From Takakia lepidozioides (lineage: Eukaryota; Plantae; Bryophyta), in the NCBI GenBank assembly GCA_030704615.1, contig CM060732.1, positions 62,992,001 through 63,056,000 on the forward strand: a stretch of DNA of 64,000 bases, written 5' to 3'. The stretch's first letter is position 1. Each line of letters starts with the position of its first letter. This document shows, in pieces, positions 34,801-48,040 of this stretch. The translations under genes were made by a program, and so were the position numbers. Below the pieces are notes generated by a model that was not told the origin of the DNA, did not search any database, and was given only the letters and a program-made list of their open reading frames with translations.

Positions 34801-37800
34801 GTTGAATAGAATGGAATTGTTACATAGCCAATTTTCGTGACACCAAGTGGGAGTTGCCTATACGGAATGGAGTGAGACTTCCTTTGCTGTCCAATGTCAC
34901 TCTGGTGTCACTCCAGCTATTAGTGTATCTGTGTGGTGATGTGACCCTCCTCCATCGCACTCCAATTGTGTCACTGTCGAGAGAGGGTGGGGAAGATTTG
35001 ACAGGCCAGACCTTGCTCTTAGAGATGGCATGCTTGCATTAAGTTCCTACATGCCTGCTATTGTTCTCTATATTAATATAGGGCAGGTGCTAAATCGGAA
35101 CTGCTAAGCTTTTCTCATATTAGTATTAAAGAGAAATCTGGAGGCTGGCACGGGTCTAGATGAATACCCGGGCCGGGCCCGCATTCTCTGTGTGTGCTGG
35201 ATGTAAAGACTCTCTCTGCAGGTTCTCTCTCACAAGGATCAATGATATCAGATATGATACACACTAACGATCCGGTTGCAAGCTATTCTTGCACATATTT
35301 CTGACCAAAGAAAAATCACATAAACTGCATGTGCCCTTAAAAGTGTAGCTTGTTAAAAATTAGCCAACTTAGATACCCATTGTTTTCACGGAGTGCTTTC
35401 TGGGTGGAAGGGTGGTGAGATAAGGTTGCAGAGGCAGATAAGAGGATTTGTAGTTCCACATGCCAGCCCTAAGACATTATGATTCCTGTGAGTCGTGCTC
35501 AGATAGCATCATCCGTAACTGGGTCCAAAGGATTGTCCAGTTTCTATCCATCTTTGTGCATAATCTCCAGGTGAATGTGTTTTGCAACAGACAAAAGCTG
35601 GTTCGCATTTTCTAAGCCATTGATGATTACTGTTTGGGGACACTAATAGAGAACTAGTCAGATGTGTGGAAATGGAGTTTTTATCTCCAATATAGCAGAT
35701 CATGACGCTTACGTGATGTTTGCTGTCTCAGCTTTCCAGTGGCCAGGTGTGTTGCAAGCTATGTGGCATCAAATGCTAATGGCTTTTCTCACACCTAAAA
35801 GCTGCAACGGGGCTGCAACATAACGGAGTGCTCATTCTGTCTCATTGGGAACTACTTGACCAATGGATTTCGGGGGATCCTCAGTTTTGGCTTCCCACAC
35901 GGCTTTTCTCCAGCACTTGATGATCAATGTTTGGCTCTAGAATCTTTCCCGTTAAAGTAAAGAACCCACCTCATGAGTTATGCACAATGCAAGTAGGAAG
36001 ACAACAATGCCCAATGTCAGCAGAAATACTGGCTGTACTTCAATTTGGACTGGATATGGTATGGGAGAGGGAGACGTGCCCACAAGCTCGCATGCAAGAC
36101 TTTCAGTGCCAATATAAGACAGAAGGAATTCAGGGGGTCACTCTGGCGTTTATTTTTTTTCGATCTTAAAATAAGCGACGACTTAGGTTTTTTACATGCA
36201 GAGGTGCGCATTCTTTAGCATGCGTTCAGGCCTGCATTAAGCCTGACATGGCTGCTACCTGGTGCGGCCGGCCCCTTAGAGGCCTGAACATTCTATTGTT
36301 TTCAAGTTCAAAGGCCAATGGGAGATCGATCTATCTTGGCCCATAATGTAAAGTGCCCCTTACATTGCGCCACTATGGCTGGGCCAGCTGGTATCAGCTT
36401 GCAGCTGAAAATCTGTTCCGAGTAAGAGCTGGAGATGACGACCCAGGGAATTTCGACATCATCGATGAGTGCCCACTTGTCCACTTGACACATTAGAAAG
36501 ATATGATCGGGCTGAATCAAAGCTCAACTATAAAATTGGCAGATTTGGTATACCTATATTTGTCCACACGATGGAAGTTCGTCATTCTTCCTGCAGGGTT
36601 GTCAGGGCATTTACAGCTGATCCGGCTGTTTATAACGGCCCTGAGTCCTGACTCAAGATAAGGCGAACAGAAACTAAGCAAAAACCACCCAATATGCAAC
36701 CTTCGCCGTGAAAGAATAAGGATTATCTATGACAAAACTGTGAACTGCAGGGCGTAGTCTCTAACTTACTGTTGATTCTATGGAAAGGGGCGGAAAGGTC
36801 CCCAGATCGAAAACAATAGATCTGAACATGTAATATTCCTCCTACTCTCAGTCTAAAATCTGTCTAAAAGTGGTCAATTCTGCCAACCTGGGCTGAGGGC
36901 CCACATTCAACCAGTAATCCCTTACGTATCATGTGAAGGATCACGTGAAGGATAGCTCGACAGTTGGGGAATGCACAGATGTTCGTCCATGGCGGTTTGT
37001 GTGACACGTAAATAACGGTGAGGTCTGCAGTCATCCTCCTCCTACCAGTTATCCAAGAGATAGCTTGGAATGTCTAAGATTCTGCTGTGAGTCAGGTCTA
37101 TGAACCATCAGAATATGGGGGACCAACGAGCTTGGTTAAGTCCACGAGGGTGCCCTTGGTCCCTCACTGGATGATGAAGTAGCAGCCTGCGGTAAGTGTC
37201 TGAGTTGGAAAAAGGACTGCATGAGTACGTTTGATTCTGGAGCATTCAAGGTCTTTGGCAGTCCACGGCCCAGGCTCTCTGTCTAGAGTCGGTGCGGTCC
37301 ACAGGATGGGATTTGAAGGGCGGACCCACCTTTCAGGTTGAAGGGCATAATGTAAGATTCCCTTTCAGTGAAGCGTGAGTTAAAAAGTACTATTTGTATT
37401 TACAGGTTGCTTTTTGGATTGCCCTTCACGTGACCCTCTATCATGGATTTCACACGAAACCACAAGTGATACTCTGGCTTAATCCAACCCGTACAAGGCG
37501 AAGATTGATGCACAAGAAGAACATGGATTCTTAAACAAAGGCGCATCTGAACTCGATAAGCGCAAGCTGGCTGCTATACAGTTCTGGAGGTTTTAGTTCA
37601 TGTCTGCTCTCTCTCGCCGCCGGGGCAATCAACGTTTGCAACACGGTTGCTTTCGGTTGTTTGATGTTTAGTTTTCGCTTGTATCTGAAGTCATGTGGGC
37701 TCGTTACTCGGCTTGTATTCTGCTATCTCAGCTCTCATCTCTCTTTGTTGACTACAGGTGGCCCCCTCGGCTGTACCATTGGTCTGTTTTCTAGTCTAGT

Positions 37801-40800
37801 TTTAGAGTGGCCATATCCCATGGGATGACGGTACACCGTTTGGGCTTCCCCACGGTTATCTTTTCCTTGGTCTTTACCCAGAGGGAAAACAGAAGATTTG
37901 TGCCCTTGTCCAATATTTCAAAAACCCTACATCCAAGAGGGGCACAGAACGAAATGGGGTAGTTTGTAAATTGCACACATGGGTGCTTTGAACGGCCCAT
38001 AAGAATGCATCCCTTTTGCTGCAATGGTATCTGTGTGATCGAATCTACCCACCTTTTTTGGAAGGGCTGTCATTCAGATTATCAATAATTGAAGGTCCAA
38101 AGGGGGTTTCGAAGGGCAATCTGTCCTTCAAACCTAATCCCACATAGTAGACCTGAAATCGACTTCTAACTAGACTTTGTCTGTTTCTGTGAAGGGCGTA
38201 CGTGGTCTCCTCCATACATCCATCCTCACCTCCTCCTCTCCACATAGTTTGGATGCTTAAACGCGCGTCTCACCACAACAAAGATACAGACCTGTACTGT
38301 AAAAGCATTTCTGGGAACCGTCTCGCAATCCAGATAGGGATGTATATGACCTGTCGCCTTTTAGATACTGATACAGCCATGCTGTCGGGTCACTATAGTT
38401 CGAGCTCTCGGGCGTGTATCCGCATCGTTCTCATCACGCACATTACACAGTGTCAAAAGCGTCGATTCTGATGAATGATCGGCTGCTGCAACCCCAAATT
38501 AGTAACCGAAAGCTTTTGTCACTATCGATACTGTGGAACTCAAAGTACCGAGTTCTGTAATCCAATGACAGGTAAGTTGAGCTTACTGGCAAGCCTCCCG
38601 ACCATGACCACCACAACCATACTCTTTTACGCCAACCCCATAGCCCCTCATCAGAATTTGCAGTTGGAGGTCAGAGTTTTATCGTGTTTTGGCACAGATT
38701 TGTCTCACACCAGCACGAAGGAAATTTATGCAACTGTGACTATCATCCAGGTCTCAACTTCTTGTCGCTACGTACGTCTTCTAGAAAGCAATAACTGTTG
38801 CCAAGGGAAGTACGACTGTCGACAAACACTGAGGGAGGCTGTACAATGTACATATGGCTCAGATTCCAACTTCGAAAAGCAACCAAAAATACAGCACCTT
38901 ATAGACCTGATAATTGATTCATCAACCGACTCTGCACACGGTAGCCCCATTCAACGAACTAATTTCAAGTCAGTAGGTAGGTAACAACTGGGTTATTGGC
39001 CAGATGCGTCAGATCATAGATGCTGAGTGCTCTGTTTACTCTTCAGTACAACGCAAGGGCACAAAGTACACACACACTCAAATCAGTTCTGGGAAATGCT
39101 GCAAGATTTCCTAGACATTCTCCCTATAATTAGGTGAGTGAAAGCATGCAAATCAACTTTAATTTCCATGCCCGCAATGCCCACATAAATGCACATACAT
39201 CCGTGGCATTATTGGGTGAATCAAGGCAGAGATTGGGCAATGGGCATCAAGTGACAAGTTGACAACGTGAACGTACCTTTTGACAACTTGCTATGTTTTC
39301 TTGTCGCCTTCGCACTTCCTGGCAACTCTGAAGCTGGAATATCTACCATTATGATCCTGAACAGCATATATAACCAGAATCAAGACCTCTGACCTTCACG
39401 TTTAGTGCTAACTCAATCTGAACTTAGTGCCATCACTGTTGTTTTGACATGACGCCCACACTCACATAATGAAGCCCATAAAATTTATCACGAGAAGTGA
39501 AGAAGACGATCACTATCATCCCTGTTTATAGCAACCCCCCTCCATAGCAAACATTGCTCCTCTCTAACGCCATCCTCTTCACTCATCAACAATCTTGGCG
39601 TGCTCGTAGAATCCATGTTTTGTGTTGGATTGGAGCTCTCATTTTCCCTGTCTGATCGTTGAATCCATCAATCCATATCATAGACACTAGATCCATGCTA
39701 CACCCCACAACAGCATTCATTTTAGTTTGCCGTGCTGCTGCTCACAAAAAAAGGTGGCGAGATTTTATGACTTTCTATCACTGAAAGAGCTCTACATTTA
39801 GTACTGGCCTTTTTTGGGGGGCCCAGCCAACCTCTTCGTATTATTAGAAACACATGACATAAAGCTGGGCCCATTTCAGGAACACCAAACTCCCGTTCTA
39901 TTAATGTCCAAAAACTCCGATACAGATCAAGGGATCCCGAGCAATCAGGATTCGACCGCAGGGTTGTATCCCCATAGTAAATTTCTGTTTGCTCACTAGT
40001 CATTCATCCATTTTCTATTCAGTTGCATGGATTACGTTCGTCCGCATGCCCCGGGATGCGCACCCATTACGCACCCGTGGACTTTCGTCGCAATGAATGG
40101 ATGAATGTATGGGATGCGGGAAGTCATCCAGATTCCCCAACCTTATCTGCGCAGTATATACCGTTGCCCTTTTCACCGTACTTCCTTCATTTAATGTGAG
40201 CATTAACTTATGTTCTTAATGCTTAAATGAGATACAGAGAAGTTTTCTTTTTCTCTTTATTTTCTTTTCATTTTATCAACTTTAATACATGCGTCCCCTT
40301 TCGGGAAAAAAAAGGAAAAAGAAACATGCAGTGCCCAACTCATCCCTCATCGAGTGCCCCCCTATTTTAGGAAATTTGGAAAACAGCACAGAGTTTTGCA
40401 AAAAAATAGCGGTACATTCTGTTCATCCACATATTTTGTGCCGCACCGAGCTCACCCTCAATTCATGTATGTCATCCATATTTGGCGAAATCATCCATGA
40501 AAAAACAGGGAATTTGCGTCCATTTTGTTTTTTGAGGTCGAGCTCTGGCGACAATTCGCCAATAAAGAAACGCTGCCCTAAAAAGAAAACCTGAAAAAAA
40601 AAAACCTGCCAATACCGGAAATTACAGTATATTATATTATATTTGTTATGCGAAAAAGTACAAATACCGGTAATACCCTGGATAGATTGAACTTACGGCA
40701 TGTTATGTGGGATCCGTGGTAAACCGAAATTATTACAAGGCTGAGTGATAGAGAGAGAGAGAGAGAGGAGAGAAGCGAGGCTTCGGAGACGAGTGTGGGA

Positions 40801-41124
40801 CGGTGCGCAGTCCGAGGCCGCAAGACTGACGGCGCCATGTGCAGCGGGTGGGGAGGGTGCTGCGGCGGAAAAGGAGCTGGAGAATGTGTGCGAGAGTGTG
40901 ACAGAATTGGTGCCTTGTTGCTCTAGGGAGACGGAGAGGGAGAGGAGAAAGTTGTGGGTTTTGAGGGGGGGGTGATGGTGGAGGTCTGTTTGGGCTGGGA
41001 AGAGGCGAGCACCAGTTCCTCTCTCTGCTGGATTTGTGTATGGGGTGAAGTTTAAACGGAAGCTTTCAAGAGTAGGGGGATTTGTCGCTGCCGTGTAAGA
41101 GTGGGGAGAGAGAGGGAGAGAACG

Positions 41125-44100
41125 ATGGCTGGCGCTGAAAGCGCAGACGATCCGAGGTCTACGGTGTTGCAAGTCGCTGCCGGAGAGGCGCACACTCTTG
41201 CTCTCACAGGTTATTTCTCTGTTTTTTTGCGCTTGTTTGCGTACAGTTTTTAACGCTTGTTTGCATCACAACAATCACGTAGATGCGATGTTCGCAGGAC
41301 TGGATATGCACCATTTTTTTTTCTCAAAGCAGACACTGTCTGTCACTGTGTGCAGCGGCAGGGAGCGTGTACTCATGGGGAAAGGGCCTTTTTGGTCGGC
41401 AAGGTCTGGGTGTCTCGCAAGATGAGCTTGTACCCACGTACGTTGCAATAGGGGTGAATCCGGATGATGATGACGACTGCTCCGTCAGCTCCTTCTCTGG
41501 AAGCCTCTCAGGCAGAGAAGAAAGCAGCCGATTCGGGAGCTCCAGAGACAGAGATGGAGTCCACCGGGCCAAAATAGTGCAGGTGGCCGCAGGGGCTTAC
41601 CACAGTCTGGCTCTTTCAGGTGCCACTACCAGTCCATATGGCTGCTCTCTAGGCACTTGTTACTCCATCAGTCTGCATGTGTTTTTTTTGCTGACTTTCC
41701 GTGACCTTCTCACAACCTTTTGCAAGTGACCCTCGGTTCAGCTCTGCAAAAATTGTGGGTGGGTCCTAAAGGCCTAGGGAAACATATTCTTGTGTCTAGT
41801 CTCTTTAGCTGGCATTTTTATCCAGGAGTCATACTTGTTTTGTATTCTTGTTCCAGACTCTCAGTCTTGGTGATGAATGATCCAACTTACTGGGTGGGGT
41901 GCTCTCTTACTCATTTGTTCTTGCTTGTTCCTGGGATGCAGCGGACGGATCAGTGTGGTCATGGGGTTACAATGCCTGTATCCATCTCCGCAACTCTTCT
42001 CTCCTTTGATTTCTGGGGAATTATTCCATGCCCATCAGATAAGTGAAAGATGCCTTTTACCACTCGGCAGTAATGCGTAGTACTTCCTGGGCAATTTGTG
42101 ATATTGCATCTGATCTTTCTATTTTTTGGTCTGGCTTCAGAGCATTCATAAGTTACAGCTTTTTCCTGGCTGGGAAGAGGAAGGGGAGAGCAAGAGAGAG
42201 GGGGGGTGGGGGGGAAAGCGGGTGGTAGATGGATTAATGTGAAAGAATCAGGTGGATTCAAAGAGATTTCTCCAAGGTTTTCAAGCAAACAAATTTGTGT
42301 TTTTCCTTAAGTGATACATGGACGGTCAGCTTGGTCGTGAAAGAGCCGCATCGCAGCCCTCCCGGGTGAATTTTCCCTCAAATTATTTTTCGGAAGAAAC
42401 CAGGGGAGGTGGGAATTTGTGGATGAACGCGTCAAGGGACAGTGAGGCCCAAAACCTAAAGGTACATGTTGAATCCCTTCCTGTTTGCTAAGGATAAGAT
42501 TGAGAAAAGAGATGTAACCATTTGTTAGCTATAACTAGTGTAGGAATCTGATTGTGCTACATGTAGTTGGAGATGCATCTTTGCTATCAGTGTAAGTTAT
42601 GAGCCGAAGGTATATCTCCTGTCTTCAGATACTAGTGGTGTTACTTATGCTATAATCTTTGCTTCTTTTATTCTTCAGATCATGCTGGTGGAAGCTCGGG
42701 GAATGATATCAGGTGCAGTTGACCAAGAGGGGTGTCTCTGGCTATGGGGAGCAGTTCCTCGCCCTGCTGCTGACAGTTCTCATGGCAACTACAAGGGATC
42801 TTTCTCTCTAACCAATATAGAAGTGCCTGAGCGAGTGCGTGCTCTTATGGGTCTCAGGGTATACCGGGTTGCCTGTGGGCATGAACACATCTTGGCTCTT
42901 GTTGAGGGAAGAGATGAGGCAGAACTATATGCCTGGGGAAGCAATGCCTTTGGGCAGCTAGGGCTTGGTGATCAGGATAGCAGGTCATATCCCCAAGTAG
43001 TTGAAGCTCTTGCAGCGCCAGTAGTTGGCACAATAGTTGATATAGCCTGTGGGGCATTCCATAGTGCAGTACTTGCGGTAAAGGAGGAGCAACCAACTGA
43101 TCTAGTCTTAGAGCCAACCTCACCGAAGGGGAGGAGGGTGAGGCCTCCTGCCGAGGTCTTCGCTGAGAATATGGCTTCACCGAAAGGTGGCTTTAGGAAA
43201 GTGCGTCCCACAGCAGACCAGATCTTTGAAGCGATGAGGATGGCTTCACCAAAATTCCGGGCACGACAGTTTGACCAAAACAGCTACAGTGACCCAAGCT
43301 CATCACCCAGGTCTTCTACTGCATGGGGGTCCTCTCGACCCAATTCCAATAGGAGCTTAGGACGGATACCAAGCAAGAAAGACAGTTTCACTCTGGAGGG
43401 AAGGGTCTCCACTTGTTGGACATTTGGACAGGGCGATAACGGTCAGCTGGGACATGGTTCATCAGCAAATTTGGCCTTGCCAGCTCCTGTTGACGGACTT
43501 CCTAGCCAGGAACGTCTCCGAACAGTTGTGTGTGGACTCTTTCACACTGGTGTAGTCACAGAGACAGGAGATGTTTGGGTTTGGGGAATGGAGGGAGGTC
43601 TCGGCTTGTGCCCTGGGATAGGACCTCCAGGTGCACGGAATGGAGATGCTTTCTCTCCAGTGAGAGTTTTTGGAGAGAGCTCAGCTAAATGTCATCCGGT
43701 GACTGGGTCGAAAGGCATTGCTTGTGGGGCAGCACACACTGTTACTCTTTCAAACGGAGGGAGAGATATCTGGGCTTGGGGACGAGGCCAGAGTGGTGTT
43801 CTTGGGTTAGGACATCCATCAGATAGTTGGTTTCCTTCTCCTGTGATTTGGCCACCAGCTTCTTTGGCACCATGGTCATCCGGCAGCAAGGGATCATCTG
43901 GCAGTAAGGGAGCAACTCAGTCAGATGCATCGCCAGGCCCCTTGATACCGTGGTCATCGAGCAGTAAGGGAACAAATCAGTTGGATGCATACCCAACAGG
44001 ATATGAGATGAGAAAATCCAGCAGGGCTTCTAGTAGAACTGGCTCAAAGGACAGGGGAGACGGGATGAGACATTTCAGACGAGAAATCGGTATGAACAAG

Positions 44101-45699
44101 ATATAGTAGAGGGTAGAAAGAAGGTGTGTTTGGCAGGGCACTGTAAACAGAAGCAACGTCAGTTGTGCCTTTGCATTAGTGTAAACTAGTTCTGCATGTA
44201 AGGAGCAGGATATTTACTAGTTTGGTTCTCAGCTAAGAATGAGTTACATGACAGAGGCCAAGAAGAATGCTAGCTTTAGGAACTGCCTAATATACCTTCA
44301 CCCCTCTGAACAGTTCCTGTGTTTGGTGTTTCGTATTTTTCCAATTTGCAGGGATGGAGATGATGCGAGATCCTGATGAAAAATTGGCAGCCGCATTAGA
44401 AGAGGTGAATTCTCTGAAAAAGGAACTGGCTGGTGTCCGACACTATGCTGAGATCCTTCATGCAGCCACCTATGGAGAGGTGGAAGTGTTCTCACAACAC
44501 CAACCTGGTGATCCCCTCTATGTTGATGGCTGCAGCAATGATGCACAGTCAGAGTCAGAGCATAGCCACGGAGCCAGCATCCACCAAGGAAAGAAAGCTG
44601 TTCAGGAGTGGGAGCGCCGTATGGAAGTGGCAAGTGATGCAGATTTGGTGGGTGTTTACATGCTTTTCTTCTGCAATTTACCAGTGTCTACCCAGAAGAG
44701 TGTGACCTCCCATTGGTCACACCCACCTGTCATTTCTGTGTGTTGGACCCATGGCGGTGTGGGAGTCAATGTTTGTCTCCTGTCATTGAGCCTATATCAG
44801 CTCTCCATAACTGGGTGCAAATGGCTCCTAGAGGGATGACACCTATACCATATCATCTTTCTTTTCTATACTTTCCCAGTCTGGTCTGCTTCTAAGGGCT
44901 AGAAGAGCAGTGTTAGGATCGACTTCATGATGGAACAGATAGCCCATAAATCAACACCTGTTGGTAGCTGTGAAGGTTATATCAATTGCAGGCTCAAGTC
45001 CCACGTCCAGGTCAGGGGGAAGTTAGTAGGTGGGTTTGTACAGTACATACGTCCCAACCAATATTTGTGAGGGTGATTGAGTACACAGTCTCTTTTCAAA
45101 TCTGCCTTTTTCACTCCGTAATCATAGCGTATGTGTCATATCTTATGCTGGAATCAACCTTATGTGTTGTGGATGATTTCAATGTCATAAACTGCATTCA
45201 CTAGTCTGGAGCTCCTGGCTCTGTGCCTGATCCACACCCCATTTCCTTTTCCCTTTGTCCGTACCATGGGTAAAAATCCTTTTCGACGAGGCTGTATGGC
45301 CCACAATTGTACAGCTATGACCCTACAGTGAATAGTCAGTGTATTTCTCTTCTTTTCCATCTGTGAGGGGTACTTGATATGGTGCTTTTTGGCCATGTCT
45401 AGGTTCGCCTGGAGGTTTTCTACAATAGCATGCGTACCCGTCTTAAGGACATCATGTTTCAGAGAAGGATGGATGACTGGTGTCGGCGATGCGTTTCTGT
45501 TTTATCCTCTTCATCTTCGCAAGACCCCCCCCCAATGCCACAGCCATTTTCCGCCGCAAGTACACCAGCCATGGAGGGGCCTGGAGAATTCGCTATCCGG
45601 ATGTCTGGAATTTTAGGAGACAGATCAGAAATGTTACCACCTGCAGCGATTGCAGCTTCCCTCGCTGAATTTAAAGTGCTTTCACAGCGTCGGCGATAA
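41125..45699 (+). CDS. RCC1-repeat (UVR8-like beta-propeller) protein, ~842 aa; exons 41125-41209, 41356-41619, 41942-41977, 42322-42461, 42679-44089, 44352-44647, 45403-45699
   Basis: QVAAGEAHTLAL, VYSWGKG, VAAGAYHSLAL, WSWGYNAYGQLG, YAWGSNAFGQLGLG, IACGAFHS, WAWGRGQSGVLGLG, plus a C-terminal coiled coil. The frame stays open across all junctions. Confidence 0.9.
41978..42321 (+). other. Probable U12-type (minor) intron with GT-GG termini
   Basis: 5' GTATCCAT; branch-like TTCCTTAAG with its A 11 nt before the junction that restores GYNAYGQLG. Confidence 0.75.
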
Positions 45700-47347
45700 T
45701 CTCTCTCTTTCCCTCCCTCCCTGGCCTCCAGGGTTGCACAGTACACAGAGTTTTTGGAATTGAATCCGGCATACTTGTATCTTTACTCCAAAGAAAATCC
45801 AAATAGGCATATCTATAGGAAACCTGTAAATTGTTCGAGATTGCATCTTGGTTACACGAATACAGAATTACTCCAACATGACCCTGCTGTGTTGCGTGAA
45901 TGGGTAAATGTTTGTTGCATTTTCACCTGATTAGCATTATAGAATAGCAGTTTGGACATTGAACCATCCAGCGGCCCTGGTCTGTATTGACAGGCCTAAA
46001 AGTGTGTGGATCAGTGGCCAACTTCCGTGGATTTAGAGCCAGTGTTTGTGGATAGATCTTGTGGTGACTTGATTACACTTTGTATTGTAACGTCAAGAGT
46101 CTCTTTCCCTCAGATTTTGTCGGCCTGCCAAGTTAGTGATGATAATTTCCTTCTGTGTCCACCACGTTACTCAGCTGAGATTCTGTATATAGTGTGGAGC
46201 TGATCTATGAGTTTTTTCTGATTGCCTGCCCAGGACGTCCCATGTATTACTTGAATCAGATTAAGCTGCAGGTCATAATGACAGCGGCAATGTTCCAATC
46301 ACTGGTTGACTACATTAGCAAAGGTATGTGAATCATTTCAAAAATTGGTCTGCTTGGCTTGTGTTCTGAAGTGCTGATACTGGTTCAGTCAGTGGAATCA
46401 TGGAAAGCTTGTGTAAGTAGGTCAAGGTGCTATGATGTCTTGGGCAACCCAAGCTTTGCTCTTGACACTCCAGCCACATACGCAACACATGTCTGTGGAC
46501 ATGCTTTTCCCGTAGCCAAGTTGAAATAACTGTAGCTCAATTTTACTTCCCAGTGGGCTTGTTGGAGATTGTGTTCTAGGTTTTGTTCTTGAGGACTAGT
46601 CAGCACTATGTAACTGTGTCACAGTTTCCTTCACATGATGCAAGCTTGTGACCAGTTCTCCTCTCTTCCTATAGGGGTGGACTTCACAGATGTTTCTATT
46701 CTTCTTCATGGGCCTGTTCTATGGGCTGTGGGATTTGGAAACATCCTTTTCCTAAGCCCAGATGTGGTTTCATGTTTCCTTACAGGGGATGATTCTCTTG
46801 ACATAATTTCGAGTTTGAGAAATTACAATTCTTCAACCAAGGCTCTTCACGAAATGCAATGGCAACAAAACAGTTTACTGTTTATATATGTCATAAGAAC
46901 GAACGTTGAATACAATAATTCTACTCTTGTGAATACAAGCACGGATCATGTAGAGAACTGTTTGCCACTCGCTGATCGCATAGAAAACACAGTAAATATA
47001 TACGTAATGAAAATCCGGTATTTTGCATACCACAAGGTTTGGTTTGGACAACGAAACGTCTCGGCAAGTTGCAGGTGAAGCTTTCTGCCTTCACGGTCCG
47101 AGCTACAATGGAATGTGAACTGTGTGGTTTGGTCGATCCTAACGCTCTGGGCGCCCTCCCTTTCAGAATTTCCAGTTCCTTCTCTGGTTCTGGGTTTTCC
47201 CTTAAACAGGCATTCGAGTGGGTTGTATGTTGGCGACGTACGCGTGTGTTGGTACGTTGCTGAGAGATGTGCTGGGCTGAAGGAGATCGATCACATACTG
47301 TTTCTCGCACGTCTCCAGCTGATCTTGCAAGTTTTCTTGTACGGCTG

Positions 47348-48040
47348 ATGGCCCTGCCTCGTTCGACTCAGTGGGTCACTGCAAGTGCCCTGCTTCTTAC
47401 TCTAGTGGTGCTCTTTTCACCCACACTGTCCTCCGCCAGGCCCTGTCGTATTGTAACGGGTAAAGTGGGCCCGTATGGTGGCATCGCCTGCACCACCACA
47501 GTAATGGGGTCCTCCAAGGAGCCCCACCTTACGTTTCAAACCACTGCCACCAAACTTCCGCCTTCGGGTCCTAACCCAGAGGGCAATTTCAAGGCCACAA
47601 ACGTTCGGATTGATACTCTTCGGATTGTCGGTTTTGTAAACAGCTCTACTCAAAAAAACCTGTCAGCAAACATTGCCTCAAATGGTTCATCAGAGCCTAC
47701 ACCCGAGCACAGCAGTCTTGAAGCTGAACCACAGCACGTTGAAGTGAAAGCTCAGCACTCCATCAACATTGTAGTCCATGTGCATCCCAATGATTTAGGC
47801 AGCGGCGTTAGGCATGCAGAGAACTGCAATCGGAACACTGATCGGAACATTGATACAACCGGTGTGAGCCGCGAATCCGTGGAGAGGAAAGCCACGACAA
47901 AGGCCACGGACCGGGCGCATGATAGCTTGCCTGGGAAGATCAAAGTTCTTACGAAGAATGGCGCTGTTGAGATGCGGGCGCCAGGAGTGCCAAACCAGAG
48001 TGGCGCTGATGTCGCTAATGGTGTCATCCATGTTCAGTGA
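47348..48040 (+). CDS. Secreted protein (230 aa) with CLE/TDIF-like motif KLPPSGPNPEGN
   Basis: Signal peptide ASALLLTLVVLFSPTLSSA-RP; motif at 47552-47587; intronless. Confidence 0.7.
   Translation: MALPRSTQWVTASALLLTLVVLFSPTLSSARPCRIVTGKVGPYGGIACTTTVMGSSKEPHLTFQTTATKLPPSGPNPEGNFKATNVRIDTLRIVGFVNSSTQKNLSANIASNGSSEPTPEHSSLEAEPQHVEVKAQHSINIVVHVHPNDLGSGVRHAENCNRNTDRNIDTTGVSRESVERKATTKATDRAHDSLPGKIKVLTKNGAVEMRAPGVPNQSGADVANGVIHVQ

Noticed and set aside
36224-36290. 10-bp inverted repeat gttcaggcct...aggcctgaac
   Set aside because: Too short and no convincing TSD.
37600-37622. tgctctctctcg similar to the miR535 complement
   Set aside because: Only 12 nt and no hairpin.
38202-38984. CNPMTG...LP reminiscent of F-box-associated domains
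   Set aside because: Single weak motif and no F-box found; at most a very old pseudogene.
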